Of a DNA stretch of 64,000 nt, positions 24,967 to 36,676 are shown one piece after another. The position numbers and the translations under genes were made by a program. Position 1 is the first letter of the stretch; every line of letters begins with the position of its first letter. The notes beneath the pieces are model-generated. The model was not told where the DNA came from. It searched no databases and saw nothing but the letters and a program-made list of their open reading frames with translations. Origin of the DNA: Iphione sp. A-MEVVRFRX5 (taxonomy: Eukaryota); NCBI GenBank assembly GCA_976226885.1, contig OZ320318.1, positions 57,164,001 to 57,228,000 of the forward strand, written 5' to 3'.

Positions 24967-27415
24967 GATGCAGTATACTATTTTCATTGAGTTGTGGTTA
25001 TGCGTACCAAACATTTGTTGTCATTCAGGAAAAAATGCACGAGAAACCCTGGACTTCAAAGACTATACTGATGGTAAATGACTACCCAACTTAATTTATA
25101 CTTGAACCACATCATCAGTATCTGAGGATTAGTATAGAGCCTAACAGCTTGTCTGTCCCTAGAGAGGAAGTAATTATCCCTTCTCACTATAGACACGACT
25201 GGGGATGGAGGTGAATCAGGTCAGTGGGTTTGTAAGATAACCCCGGTCAGACAACCATAGTGCCGATAACACCCGTCAATAGACTGCTGTGAAGCCTAAT
25301 CAAATAGGTTACTGTTGAAGGTGATAAGGAAAAACAGACCATCTGCTTCTATTATACAGAGGACACTGGAGCACAGGGTGCAGCAGCTGTGCTTCTTATT
25401 ACACACATTAAGAACATAAAACTCAAACAAACTGAGTACTTCAGGGGACTCATCAGTTATACTGAATAAATGTAACCTTCAAATCATAAACTTAATTAAC
25501 TGTGTCATCAAGATTTACCTACCGAATGTATACTTCAGGACGGTCTAAACTGTTAAATAAGGGACCAAGAAAGTCTTTCCAGACTGTAATTTAATCTGTC
25601 TAAAATCGGCTTTCCCTGGAAGACCAAGGACAGTCTCAGACAGAGGACAAGTAGCTACAGATGTATGGGTAGGAGCAGTAACATGTGACCAAAATGAAAG
25701 AGTTTATAGAGTAGGAAGTAGAGCATAGGGACTTATATAACAAACAGTGAATTCAAACGGCAATACAAGTGACTGGTGTTCACGTTGCAGGCTGGGCGGA
25801 GTACAGCAGTATGTCACTTTCATCTAAGATGTGAATGATGTGCTAAATGTACCTTTGTGGGGTGGTTGGGTTTGCCGATAGCATTAGTGTTGGTGTATCA
25901 AAAGAGTACACACACTCTTTAAGATATACTTTAGGAAATCTTTTTTCTGCTTATACAAACAATCTTGTCTGAAAACTAAGAGTTCCGACACTGTAGGTCA
26001 CATGTATATATGTATACATACACATTTCTTATAAATGTCTCTTATACATAGTAACATAACCTCATTTATTTCACTGTTTTGTACAGGTACATATGGATCC
26101 GTATTATTCGAAATGTTATGTTATTATGATACCTCAACAAAAGAATAAGTGAATCACGATAGTCAATTGGCCTCCATAGTATACTAAAGCTGGTTGGTCG
26201 CTCTCTTTTTAGTCATGACTTTCACCGTGCTTAAGGCGAACCGCCCGACCCGCTTTCTTTTACAAGAAAACTACTCTTTTTCAATATCATTCTCACTTTG
26301 ACAGACGATAGATAAAAAAAAGAATAAAGACCAACCTGGTTTGATTGCAAAAAGAGCTTATCTTCGCAAATATCTAGAAGACCCTGAATTGCACATGAAT
26401 CTTCTTCCAGCACTGACAGAATTAACGAGCAAATTACGGATCTGAACACTCGCTGTTCGTTAAAATTTAAGAAAACAAGGTATGGACAACTGACATTCTA
26501 CAACCCTGAGGATTTCCATACATCTCTGCTCTCCTTTTATGTTGGCGGCTTAAAAAGAAAAATGGGCATAATTTATGAGATACGCATAGTATCATTAAAG
26601 ATTGCCTAAATATGTAGTTATTTGTAATTACATTAATCTGTAAGCAAAAGAAGGCCAGCGAGTGATAGGGAGTTATTTTCCTAAAGAGTAGCGAACTGCT
26701 GTTTATTAAATACGTTCTATGGAGGTTTATCCCAAATTCTTAAAGATATAGAGAAAACCAATCCCACCTTGCCTATGGTAGGATTGGTGATTAACCGTTT
26801 CCACTATCGTGCATCGCAGAATGAGATTCTACGTGTTCATGAAAAGAAAACATTTTGTTGAAGAAGATAGTCTTCTCATAGAATAATCATTTTATTTTGG
26901 ATTGGTTTCACTCATATCTTATGGGTAGGCCACAAAGGGTTAAGTGTAACGGAATAGAATCAGATCCATTATCAATTGTTACTGGGGTGCCCCGAGGGTT
27001 GGTTTTAGGCTAGCTGCTGCTGTTTATCATGGCAATCAATGATATATTTGATATTGCAAAGCTGTTTGAATTAATTGTTTATGCTGATGACATAACAGTG
27101 GTTGGCAGTGCAACCAATGTTTGGGCTCTGAGACAGAAATTGCAGTATAGTATGAATACAGTAGGAAAATGGTGCACTATTAATGGATTAATTATTAATA
27201 GGGAAAAGTCAAAGACAATGTGTTTGGGCAAGTGATGGGATTTATATTAGACATTGATTTAAATGGGGTAGTCCTGGTAAATGTACAGGAGAATTTTGCG
27301 ACCACCAGTTGGGTCGGCCCAAAATGGTCGTAATAGCAAATATGGTCGCAAAGCAATAATTTGACCCCCCCCTCTCCCTCTCTCTCTACTTACATGTGGA
27401 TTTTCTCTGAAATGT

Positions 27416-27510
27416 CCAAAAAGTGCCGAATTTGATGACTTTAAGTCTAAAAAGTGCTGATTTTGATGACTAAAGGTCCAAAAAGTGCTGAATTTGATGA
27501 CTAAAAGTGA
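27416..27510. repeat. 31-bp tandem repeat x3
   Basis: Unit approximately AAAAAGTGCTGAATTTGATGACTAAAGGTCC. Confidence 0.85.
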
Positions 27511-27517
27511 CTCAAAG

Positions 27518-27795
27518 AGGTGAGAGAACATCAGAGAAGTCGCCCCCGACACCCCCGACCACTACCGCTAGACCCTCTCTAGGGTGAGAGACCATCAAAG
27601 AGTCGCAGTTGACGCCCCGTGACCACTCTCGGGCGACCTCTACAAGGTATGAGAACATCAGAGAAGTCACAGTTGATGCCCACGACCGTCCCGACCAACC
27701 CGCTCCAAGGTGAGAGAACATCAGAGAAGTCACGGTTGATGCCCGCGACCGTCCCGACCGACCCTCTCCAAGGTGAGAGAACATCAGAGACAGTC
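27518..27795. repeat. 63-bp minisatellite x4.4
   Basis: Units begin AGGTGAGAGAACATCAGAGAAGTC at about 27518, 27581, 27645, 27708 and 27771. Confidence 0.9.
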
Positions 27796-28914
27796 GTAAA
27801 GCAAGTAAAATAACCCGAAAATGACCCTAGAAGGTGTGGTCATAGGCTGAATATGGTTGGAAAGCAATATGGTCACAAAGTAAGAGAGTAGCATATAGGA
27901 TATGTATTGAGAATATTTCTGTTCCGACCCAAAATGGTTGCAATAGTCATCTTGGTCGCAAAGTGATGAGGTTGCAAAGTAAGATTCTCCTGTACAAGAA
28001 TTTAAGGTTTTTGGAATACAAGTTAGATTCAAAACTAACCTTCAGGCTGTTTATTGAAGAGAGAATTAAAAAGATAAATTCAGTGAGTTATTTGTTGAGT
28101 TGTTCCAAAAATATTCTGAGTCCACCCTTGAGAGAAAAGTTTTTTATAGCATTTGTAGAGCCACATATCGATTTCGGGTTAGGCTTCCTTTTTTCAGCCA
28201 GATATAGTGACTTACATCGGTTAACACGAGCATGGTATCGGGGAATAAGATTAAGTGTATTGAAGAAGTTCGCAACTAACAAGCAGATAGAAGACTGGCT
28301 AAAAGGTAAGGGAATACACATGATAAATAGAAGAATGCTATACCTTACTGTGTTGACTGTTCCTGTCTTATATAAACTTTTTTTGTAACGCCAGAAAGCA
28401 GACAAAAACGAGAGCTGGGGGTGGCATTCAATTGTAAATCCCAAAACCGGTACTTGAACAGTACAGAAGAAGCTACATTTATACTGCATTATGTGATTGG
28501 AACAATTTGCCCAGCGATGTAGTAGCTCGTGACAGAAATAGTATTAAAAGAGTATTTGAAGTGTAGGATTCTGCCAAGAACAGCCATCTAAAATATAGGT
28601 ATTTTGTATATGGCTGAGTGCTCTTCAATAATATCATTTATGTTAATATATGACGAGTGTGCTCAATAACCCGTTTCAAATCAAAACTCTAGATAAACGT
28701 CTTCTGGTTGGCTTCTATTGTAGGCAATAGCGGCAGGTCGTCTTGAGAGGTTGTCGTTAAAGTAAGCCTTGTCGAGAAAGCGGGAATGAGGAAAGACTCC
28801 ACGGTAAAGGATGGTACCGCTGAAAGCGAATAAGTGAATGAAGAGGATTTGACGAAGAGGCGTCACGAGGTTTGGATGTGTACATTGGAAGGGTGGCGGC
28901 TGCCAGCAATTTGC

Positions 28915-29410
28915 ATGTAGAGGGTCTAGAACGTATTAGGCTGTTCCAATGCAAATTACCAGCCTAGGCCGAGGCGTCTGCACGGGCATTGTTTTCAGCC
29001 CATTAGACCTCTTACATTAGTGACCAAAAGTGCCCCTCGTTCACCGGATTAGCTCTTCACGGAATCTCGTCTAAGCTGCGAAATCGTGAGGAATGATATC
29101 ATAACCTGCAGCGCAATAAACTCAAATCCATTCCCCGAACTGCTTCTATGAATATGAGGAAAATAAAAGTGTACAAAACAACACGCCCTGAAAACTTCAG
29201 ACACCGTTTTCAGTACATTCCCTTTGGAATGTTAATAGGGGTGCTGCTCCTGGTTTATTTCTCAGCATTTACAAATAAGCTTCCACACATTAGCCTGTTT
29301 CCTGCCTTTACCTTTTCGGATGTACATCTGTCTGTCCGTAACTAGACGAGGTGCCCTTTGCGTACATAGCACGCCAACAAAGTGACCTAACCTCTTTCTA
29401 TATTGTACAA
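28915..29410 (+). pseudogene. Frameshifted LRR-coding relic
   Basis: Consecutive LRR-like pieces across frames: GLERIRLF / QITSLGRGVCTGI..LDL / FTGL..KLRNREE*YHNLQRNKLKSIPRTASMNMRKIKV..FQYIPFGML.G...NKLPHI..FPAF / LDEVPFAYIARQQSDLTSFYI. Confidence 0.55.
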
Positions 29411-32400
29411 GCAGACGAGTCATGTTTGTTGAGCCCTCCGAAGGATCTTTCTCCTCTAGGGCAGAAGCGATAAGAAGAGAACCTCGATATAGGATTCTAA
29501 CTTCATTAAACAGGTCTAGCAATTCTCACCATGCATCGTTAAATGCAATACACATGTTTAGAGAATTATTTAATCCAACACAGTATCTTATTCACTATAG
29601 AGTCATACCTATGTTCCCCTATTTCTCTGATACTATTATGCATTCAGATAGGTAATGTATGGCTGTAGAAATATAATTAACTAGCTAAATCCATAATGGT
29701 AATCCATACGCAGAATTTAACTGGCTTTGAACAGCCTACTTATATCACACAGCAATGGTTATAACGATGCAGTTAAAAAGACGCTTTACCAAAACAGAGA
29801 TATGCAGATTTAGCTCGATAATCTGTACTTTGACTCAAAGTACACGTAGATTCTCATATACTCACACTGCATTTAAATTGATCACAACTTATATGACACG
29901 GTTTTTGAGATAGTACAATACGCCCTTAGAGTATTGTCTCAGAGAAAACTAGCCTGTACCCCACCCCGTTTTAAGGGGTCAATTTCCAAAGCTACGGTTC
30001 AGCGAGCAGAAATCGGATATCGCAAAGTGATAAACAAGAAATGGCTTTTCTTTTGGACGCCCTGCCTCTTTCTAGAAATACATCATTCTACATGACTATG
30101 AAATTGCCAGCGGCGGGACAGCAGAGTACGGAATTTCCAAGTGCTGAATTTTGCGCGGTAAGAAGCAATTGGGCGCCAAGGAGACGGGTGTAGTGAAGGC
30201 AGGCAATCGTTTAGGAGCAAAGGTTGATTGCAGAAGTGTAGTTCCAGACACAGCTGGTTCCCTTGGCAACATATTCACCCAACTACAAAGGCAGAATGCA
30301 GCCACAGACAACAATCAATGAAAGAGAATTCGAAGCAAAAGGCAAGCGCAGAGAGAGAGAGGTTTGTGTGAGAGGATAAAATAGATAGGTATAGAGCAGC
30401 AATCGACCTGAAGTGGAAAGCATTATGGAAGCACACTACAAAGAATGGCTGTGGATGATGGAGAGTAGGACATATTGTGATAATACCAGCCCGCCTGCGG
30501 TCCGCAAACAGTCACATTGACAGTGGCTTCCAGTGGAGAGCTACAGATGTCAGAGTGGCAAGACTGGGAATGCGGGAGGCGACCCCATCTCTATCAACAA
30601 CATTGACAATGTGAGCATTCCGCTGTTCACCCTACATGGCCTTCAGCTCCAGTAAGTTTACTGTGGGGCCTGATAAGCGCTGTGACGTTTTCCTCCCGAG
30701 TTGGGGACTTGAGATGCAATCCCACATGGCCCACTAAGGAGCATATAATAAGATACCCCGGTCGATTTTATGACAGAGGGAAAAACAGGAAAACATTTAC
30801 ACTCCGTCCGGAGATCGAAAGGTCACTTCAGATTATAAAATGAATTTAAAACTTTATAGTGTAGTTCCCCTGGATTGTAAAGAATAGATACACTATTGAT
30901 TCCTGCATGACGGTTTACTGGTTCTAGGAGTACTAAAATTTATATTGACAAGTATACGTTGTACATAGGACAAAAATGCTTTCTTTCGCTTTGGGGAACA
31001 AGAGGAGATTGCCAGCTAAATGAGCGACGGACATGAATAGGTTCGCTCGAAGTGCTAAAGCAAGCCCGTGGAACTGTAAATCATGAAAATTGATTGAATA
31101 CTGGATTTTTTTTATCTTATACTGAAAATATTACTGCGGAGCCGTTTCTTCTTTCAGAGACTACAGACACTTGTGCCTTTTCATATCATTCATTATAGGG
31201 GTTTTTCATTATTCAAAGACATGTACAATATGCCCTGACGAATCATCGCGTTCTGCGACTTAAAATATAAACCCGTTGCTACCTCTGAGTGCTTGGAAAA
31301 GTGCCTGTTTAAGGAACCCGAAGAAATCTACCCTCCTTGACGGCTGTCTATAACCTATAAAAACCATTTAGCTAATACAATTCCCCAACAGGCTCTCTCC
31401 ACCATGGTCAACCCCATATCGCACCGAGGCAGAAAGATTGACTCGCACGTGAGGCGCCAAATCCTGCTACTCATAGCGGCCAAGTAAACCCCAGGAGGCC
31501 CTGTTCTCTCTCCCCGTCAGTGACTGTTTCCACCTGTGCAGGGCACCACTGTCTTGCAAAAGAATCAGGAAGGCGACCGTGTTGATGCTTGATTCAATTA
31601 CCACCAAGCAGAGAGGCTGTTGGGGCTAAAGCATTGACACTGCCACCTGGGCCCTCCAGTAGGCTAGACTACAGAACGACGTCAAAACCATGTAAAACGC
31701 AAACCTTGGACGAAATCCATCAGCAAAAATAATTGCTGAAATTCGAGCTCCCTACGGACTTAATTAAAGGGGTCCATCACCCACGATTACACCACTACCA
31801 TTCTGATTCCGATGCCAAACAGGATGGTCAAAAAGCTTACATAGTTTTTTATGAATGCCAGAGCAACTTTTTCTTTTCATAACTCCAACCACCCAAGATC
31901 AATCTTCGTTTTCGCTTCCTTGTGCTTTTTAACTCATGAAATAGTATTGGGACAAACAGGATGTCGTGGATAATCATAATTACCCTTGATTTAGTGTGAT
32001 GACGGTGAGTGAAATTTTGAGATGCATTAAGTTCGCGCAACAGTCGAAAATATTGAAATATTGAACCATAAACCCACCACCTATTTTAGGAACAAATATA
32101 AATGGAATGCCAACCAAATTACTGATGCAAGTGACAGTTAAAATTACGAGTCCTGTCATCATATCACCGAATCAGAGGTCTGTTTCGTTTTGCAGGTTTG
32201 AAGGCATCCTATTTCTCATTCATCGCATTTTCACATCTCATGAGCGGCAATGCATTCAACTGTACTGTGCATGTAAAACTCAACGGACTGTTGTACTTAA
32301 CTTAAGTATGCATATAGAACATAATTTAGCAGATCCCAGGAAAAAAGAATGGACCCTGTGTCAATGTCATTGGTTTTTGTCTATGGGCCATTTATTCATG

Positions 32401-32499
32401 GACCATATTCAAATTGAATTCATGCGCGGGTAAATAGCAGCCTGTATTTATCTTCGACAGAGCACCTATATTAAATGTGATGGTAAAACGACCTGCATC

Positions 32500-33400
32500 C
32501 TCTTGAATATATGGGTCAGGATGGGTTCTCTGTGGGACTACGACACCCAATGCTACGCCGGCAGTTCGCCTCTTCGTCCACTTTAGACTTAGTCATGGGA
32601 ACGGGAGCGGAACAGCAGTGCCAGAGGCGCCAGGCTCAGCGTGAGGAAGACGAGAGCAATGAGAGACAGCAGGCGCCACCAGCTCGCCAGTCGCCAAGCC
32701 TGTAGGAGGAGTGCTTAGCAGATCTCCCCCACCGTCGACGGAGCCAGCAGCGCCTGCCTGACGAGCGTGGGGCACCAGTCAGCGGCTGGAGAGGCAGCCG
32801 AGTGGACGGGTCGACAGGCGGCATGCACCGGCCGGAGGAGGGCTGGGCGGACTGGCGGAGGGACGGACAGATGGCCGCAGGAAACAGGACCGGAAGCCAA
32901 ACAGGACTGAACGAAAGGCCAAAGGACTGACTTGGCGGGTTAACGGGCGCCATTTCGAACTGACACATGGAGGGGATCAGCGGCGGGCTCTGTCAGTCCG
33001 CTCGGTCTACCCCACAGGTTTCATCGGCGAGTTGAAACCACCGAGAAGTCCACTGCTGCGTTAACGCTTGACTGCTGCAGGGCGGCTTCATCGGAGTAAA
33101 CGTATAGGCCTACATTGAGTGTCAACTAATTGCAAGCATCAGAACAGAGAGAGGGAGGGCGCGGTCGGCATGGCGAGTGAGATACAAACCTGATGCGGAG
33201 GAGTCACAGGACAGGGTAGGACTAGCTAAAATACACAACAAAGCATCTCAGGACGGCCTTCGCCCAGTGTGAGTAGATGGGGAGAGAACACTTAGGATAT
33301 ACTCGCCATACTAGCTGACGTAAACCGCTGATATACCTAGTGCGGTAGCACAGCCTAGTTGTGGCAGTCGACGCGTCCGTTTTTGTACCACGTTAAATCC
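32500..33400. other. GC/CpG-rich island
   Basis: Visibly CpG-dense relative to the AT-rich flanks. Contains AAATGGCG (YY1-like) on the minus strand near 32945-32958. Confidence 0.5.
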
Positions 33401-36400
33401 TGTTCAGTTATTCTTGTCACAACGAAGGGTTCTGTCCTTGTGTTGTGTCATGAGTGCATCGGCACCAAAGCCCTCCCCCTCCTGCTCCCTTGGCTTCGCA
33501 CAGTGCAAACACTTCGACACGATCGCCACTGACGAGGAGAGAATATCCTTGAAAATAACCGGCCGACGCAAGCCTGCAAAGCTACGCGCAAGGTAGCACA
33601 CAAAGGACTTTCAAACCAAGCATTTCCAAGCCGAGCAGATTGATATTTACTGCTAAATGGGTACATATGCTACTCCGTTGAACATCGGTGCTATCAATCA
33701 TAACAACAATTTTCTTTGATACCCAGATCATACATTGAATATTCCACAAGGCTGAAACGAAAATATTTACTCAATGAATGGAATAATTTCCGAAGGCGAC
33801 AGCACTCGCTGCATAACTACAAATGCATTGATAGGGTGCTAACAATAGTGAGCTCAATGAATTCTACTCTGATTGGAGGTGGCCTCGGGCCAGTTCAGCC
33901 AAAGAAAATTGGAGTTTGGTTTCTGGGAACAACAGTGTGTCACTGTGGGATGATAGGCTGACGTGTCTAAATTATGCCTTATGGATTGATCTGATAGAAC
34001 GAGTGCAAGATATTCGTTGATTAGTACGAAACGTGTAACCGTCAGCAGATACGAGGAGTCAACACGTATGTGTCAGCTGCCGTCGTCTTCAAACGGTGCC
34101 GTTTGACTGAACCTTCTTGTCAAAACAAGCTAATTCCGGTCCTATTTACACGCCAATACACTCAATTTGAGGCTTTTCGGAAGTTTCGAAAGAAAGGGGA
34201 CTTGAATTTAAATGTGAGAACCGTAAGTGCGTGTGCCAGGCACGTGACCTTCGGGGAGGTAATGTGATGCTGGATTCCCAAAGCATTGCTCCCACCTCAG
34301 GTCAGCACCAACGGGTGAGCGAACAGACCGGATTGTTAGACTCCACAGGATGAGCGCAGACGTTCTGGTTGAAGGTGGAAACTTGTCAGAAAAATCGCAC
34401 AGACAGGGAGGCTTTGCCGCCCTACCGCAGGAGATATTAGACACAGAGAAAGACTGAGAAGAGCAAAAGCCGCTAGATCTGAGACGGGCGCGCCACGGCC
34501 GAGTGATTGATATTCTCTGGGGCAGTGAGTGAGAGGCAGGCTGGTGCTGTTATTGTAGCGGCGGAAGCTACTCGTGGTCTGTGAGCAATACTGCCTACAT
34601 TGACCAGAGAACGGAGTGTTACATTCTTTTCTCACTATTACGTCCCTCACTTTGCCGCTAATATTCCCCACTGTACGCCCCTCTTCTTCTACACGCTCTC
34701 CTCTTCGTCGTCGTTTGATATCCTTAATGCGTGGGCCAGAGAAAAGTCAGCCACCCCAAGCCAATCCAGTCAAATTTTTGAAAGTTCTGATCCCCCAGAG
34801 TAACCAGTAATACATCCATGTGTACGTCATGCTGCAACACAGAGCTCTCAACTACCTGCCATTTTCGAAGTGCTCTTCAGGGTCAGACTCCGCCAAACAG
34901 ACAAATGAACGATTATAGTTAGTAATGATTCGCTGTTGGCATGAGATGTGGTGTTTAGACGACCGATCTCCTCACTTGCAAGGCGCAGCGGGACTTCCCA
35001 GGGTCGGGGAGGAGGTTTATAATCTGACATTAACTATTCATAGCGAGGGGATGTTTATTGATGACTTGCAAGTGGGAGATGCTCCGTTAGGATTAACGCA
35101 TAAAGTCTATTTCTCCTTCAAAACACGAAACGTTTTTCCACGTCTAATCAATTCTCACACCCATTAATATTACGACTGGCTTTACTGGGGGAATAGAAGC
35201 ATTATTCATCGGCTGATTTACCTTTAAATTGCTATCGCGAATTAGGGTAAGTGCCATCTTCTACAGAACCAACAGACATCAAAGGGCGGGGATGCTTTGA
35301 GAGTCATTTAGTAAACAGGATTTATGACCGAACTTCTTCCCAAAGTGCCCCAACTACCCCTATATCAGTCGCGTTAGGACGATAAAGGTAAACCTGTGTC
35401 GTCGGTGCACGCAATATGTGGTGTATCTAGCAGCGCCTTCTTCAAGCGCCGCTCTGCTCATCCGGAAGGCCACGGAGCCGACGTGTAGGCACTCTCTAGA
35501 CTAGGGAGTATTTACATATGTCGGTTGCATTCCACAGTTCGTGTCTCGGGAGGCCCTAGAGTGAGCAGGTAGTAACGGTGCGGCCGCTGGGAGTTGGCGC
35601 CCCAGCGGCGGTGGAAGAGCACTTCATGAATTGCTCCCCTTAGCTGTGGCGAGTAGCTCGGCACAGCCATAACGTGCCGGCGTCGGGCTGTCCGGCTGGG
35701 TGAACGTAAAGCGCTTGTGGTGCAATCCATTCTGGGTCAAAAGCGCCGGAGGTTGGGGGGGCCGGCAAAATTGTATTAACCGTGAGAGCGGCGTTTGGAT
35801 CAAGGCAGTCGGTACTGAGGTCGCTATTTAGAGAGTTAAGCGGCCCGAAGCCATTGCCACTTCCTCCCGCCAATACAGCCTGCAAAGCCGCATGCTAAAT
35901 AGGCGCTTGGCTGAGATAACGCGCCCAATAAAGATTAATTTTGAGCTGGTTTTCCTTTCTTTTTAATGCAATTGTCAAACTGACATCGCGAGCCCCGTAG
36001 ATTATCGAACTGCGCCCTGATGTATGCATCTCTCAGGCAACCTCCACTATGGCAGCACAAGGTCGACGGGCTACACGCCCCGTGTTTTATGTGATCTATT
36101 GATCTGGAAGTGCACGCACAACCGGGACATATCGGCCCCAATGGTACCCCAGGCAAGGCTTCCTGCATTAGGGCTAGAGCGGAACAGAGGGGGCTATAAA
36201 AAAGAGAAACTCGATGCGATCGACCAAGGCACGCAGATGTACTTGGATATATCATCGTAAGGCGGGCACTTTAAAAGCATCTCATTTGGAATACACACTT
36301 CGAGGGTCAAGCAAAAAACTTCCGCCACGGGTTTATCGTTGTTTTTGGCAGAAGCTCTCCTATATTGTATCTGTTTTCCATTGTGTCGGGGCACGGTATT

Positions 36401-36676
36401 GATCCTCTCGGTATGTGTACAAATAATTTTCGTGTCTGCATGCACCTTCGCGACAGGCGTTACAGGAATGTGTGATATAGAGAATTTTATGTTCTGAATA
36501 TTATTTGGACGAGGAAGGCACCACTTTCTTGGTGTGTTGCATTGCTTCATCTCCTGGAGGAATTGACGCAAACAATCTAGAGAAAGGAGTTCAAAGTCTG
36601 TAACCGGCACCCTGGAGGGACGGAGAGCGATGCGGCCATTCCTCTCGCCGCCTGCCCCCGCCCACCTGCCGGAGAC

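Larger units (their letters stand above)
27286..27992. mobile_element. TA-flanked MITE containing two minisatellite arrays
   Basis: Ends are CAGGAGAAT...ATTCTCCTG with TA at 27284-85 and 27993-94, plus subterminal GGTCGCAAAG/GGTCGTAATAG repeats. Removing it restores LINE coding DIDLNGVVLVNVQEFK. Confidence 0.8.
26900..28690 (+). mobile_element. Decayed CR1/L2-type LINE ORF2 (RT to 3' UTR), split by a 707-bp MITE
   Basis: DWFHSYLMGRPQRVKCNG..TGVPRGLVLG*LLLF..INDI..VYADD..KW..NGL.IN.EKSK. The frame resumes after 27992 with ..LDSKLTF..EPHIDF..WNNLP. Possible further 5' remnants extend to about 26300. Confidence 0.85.
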
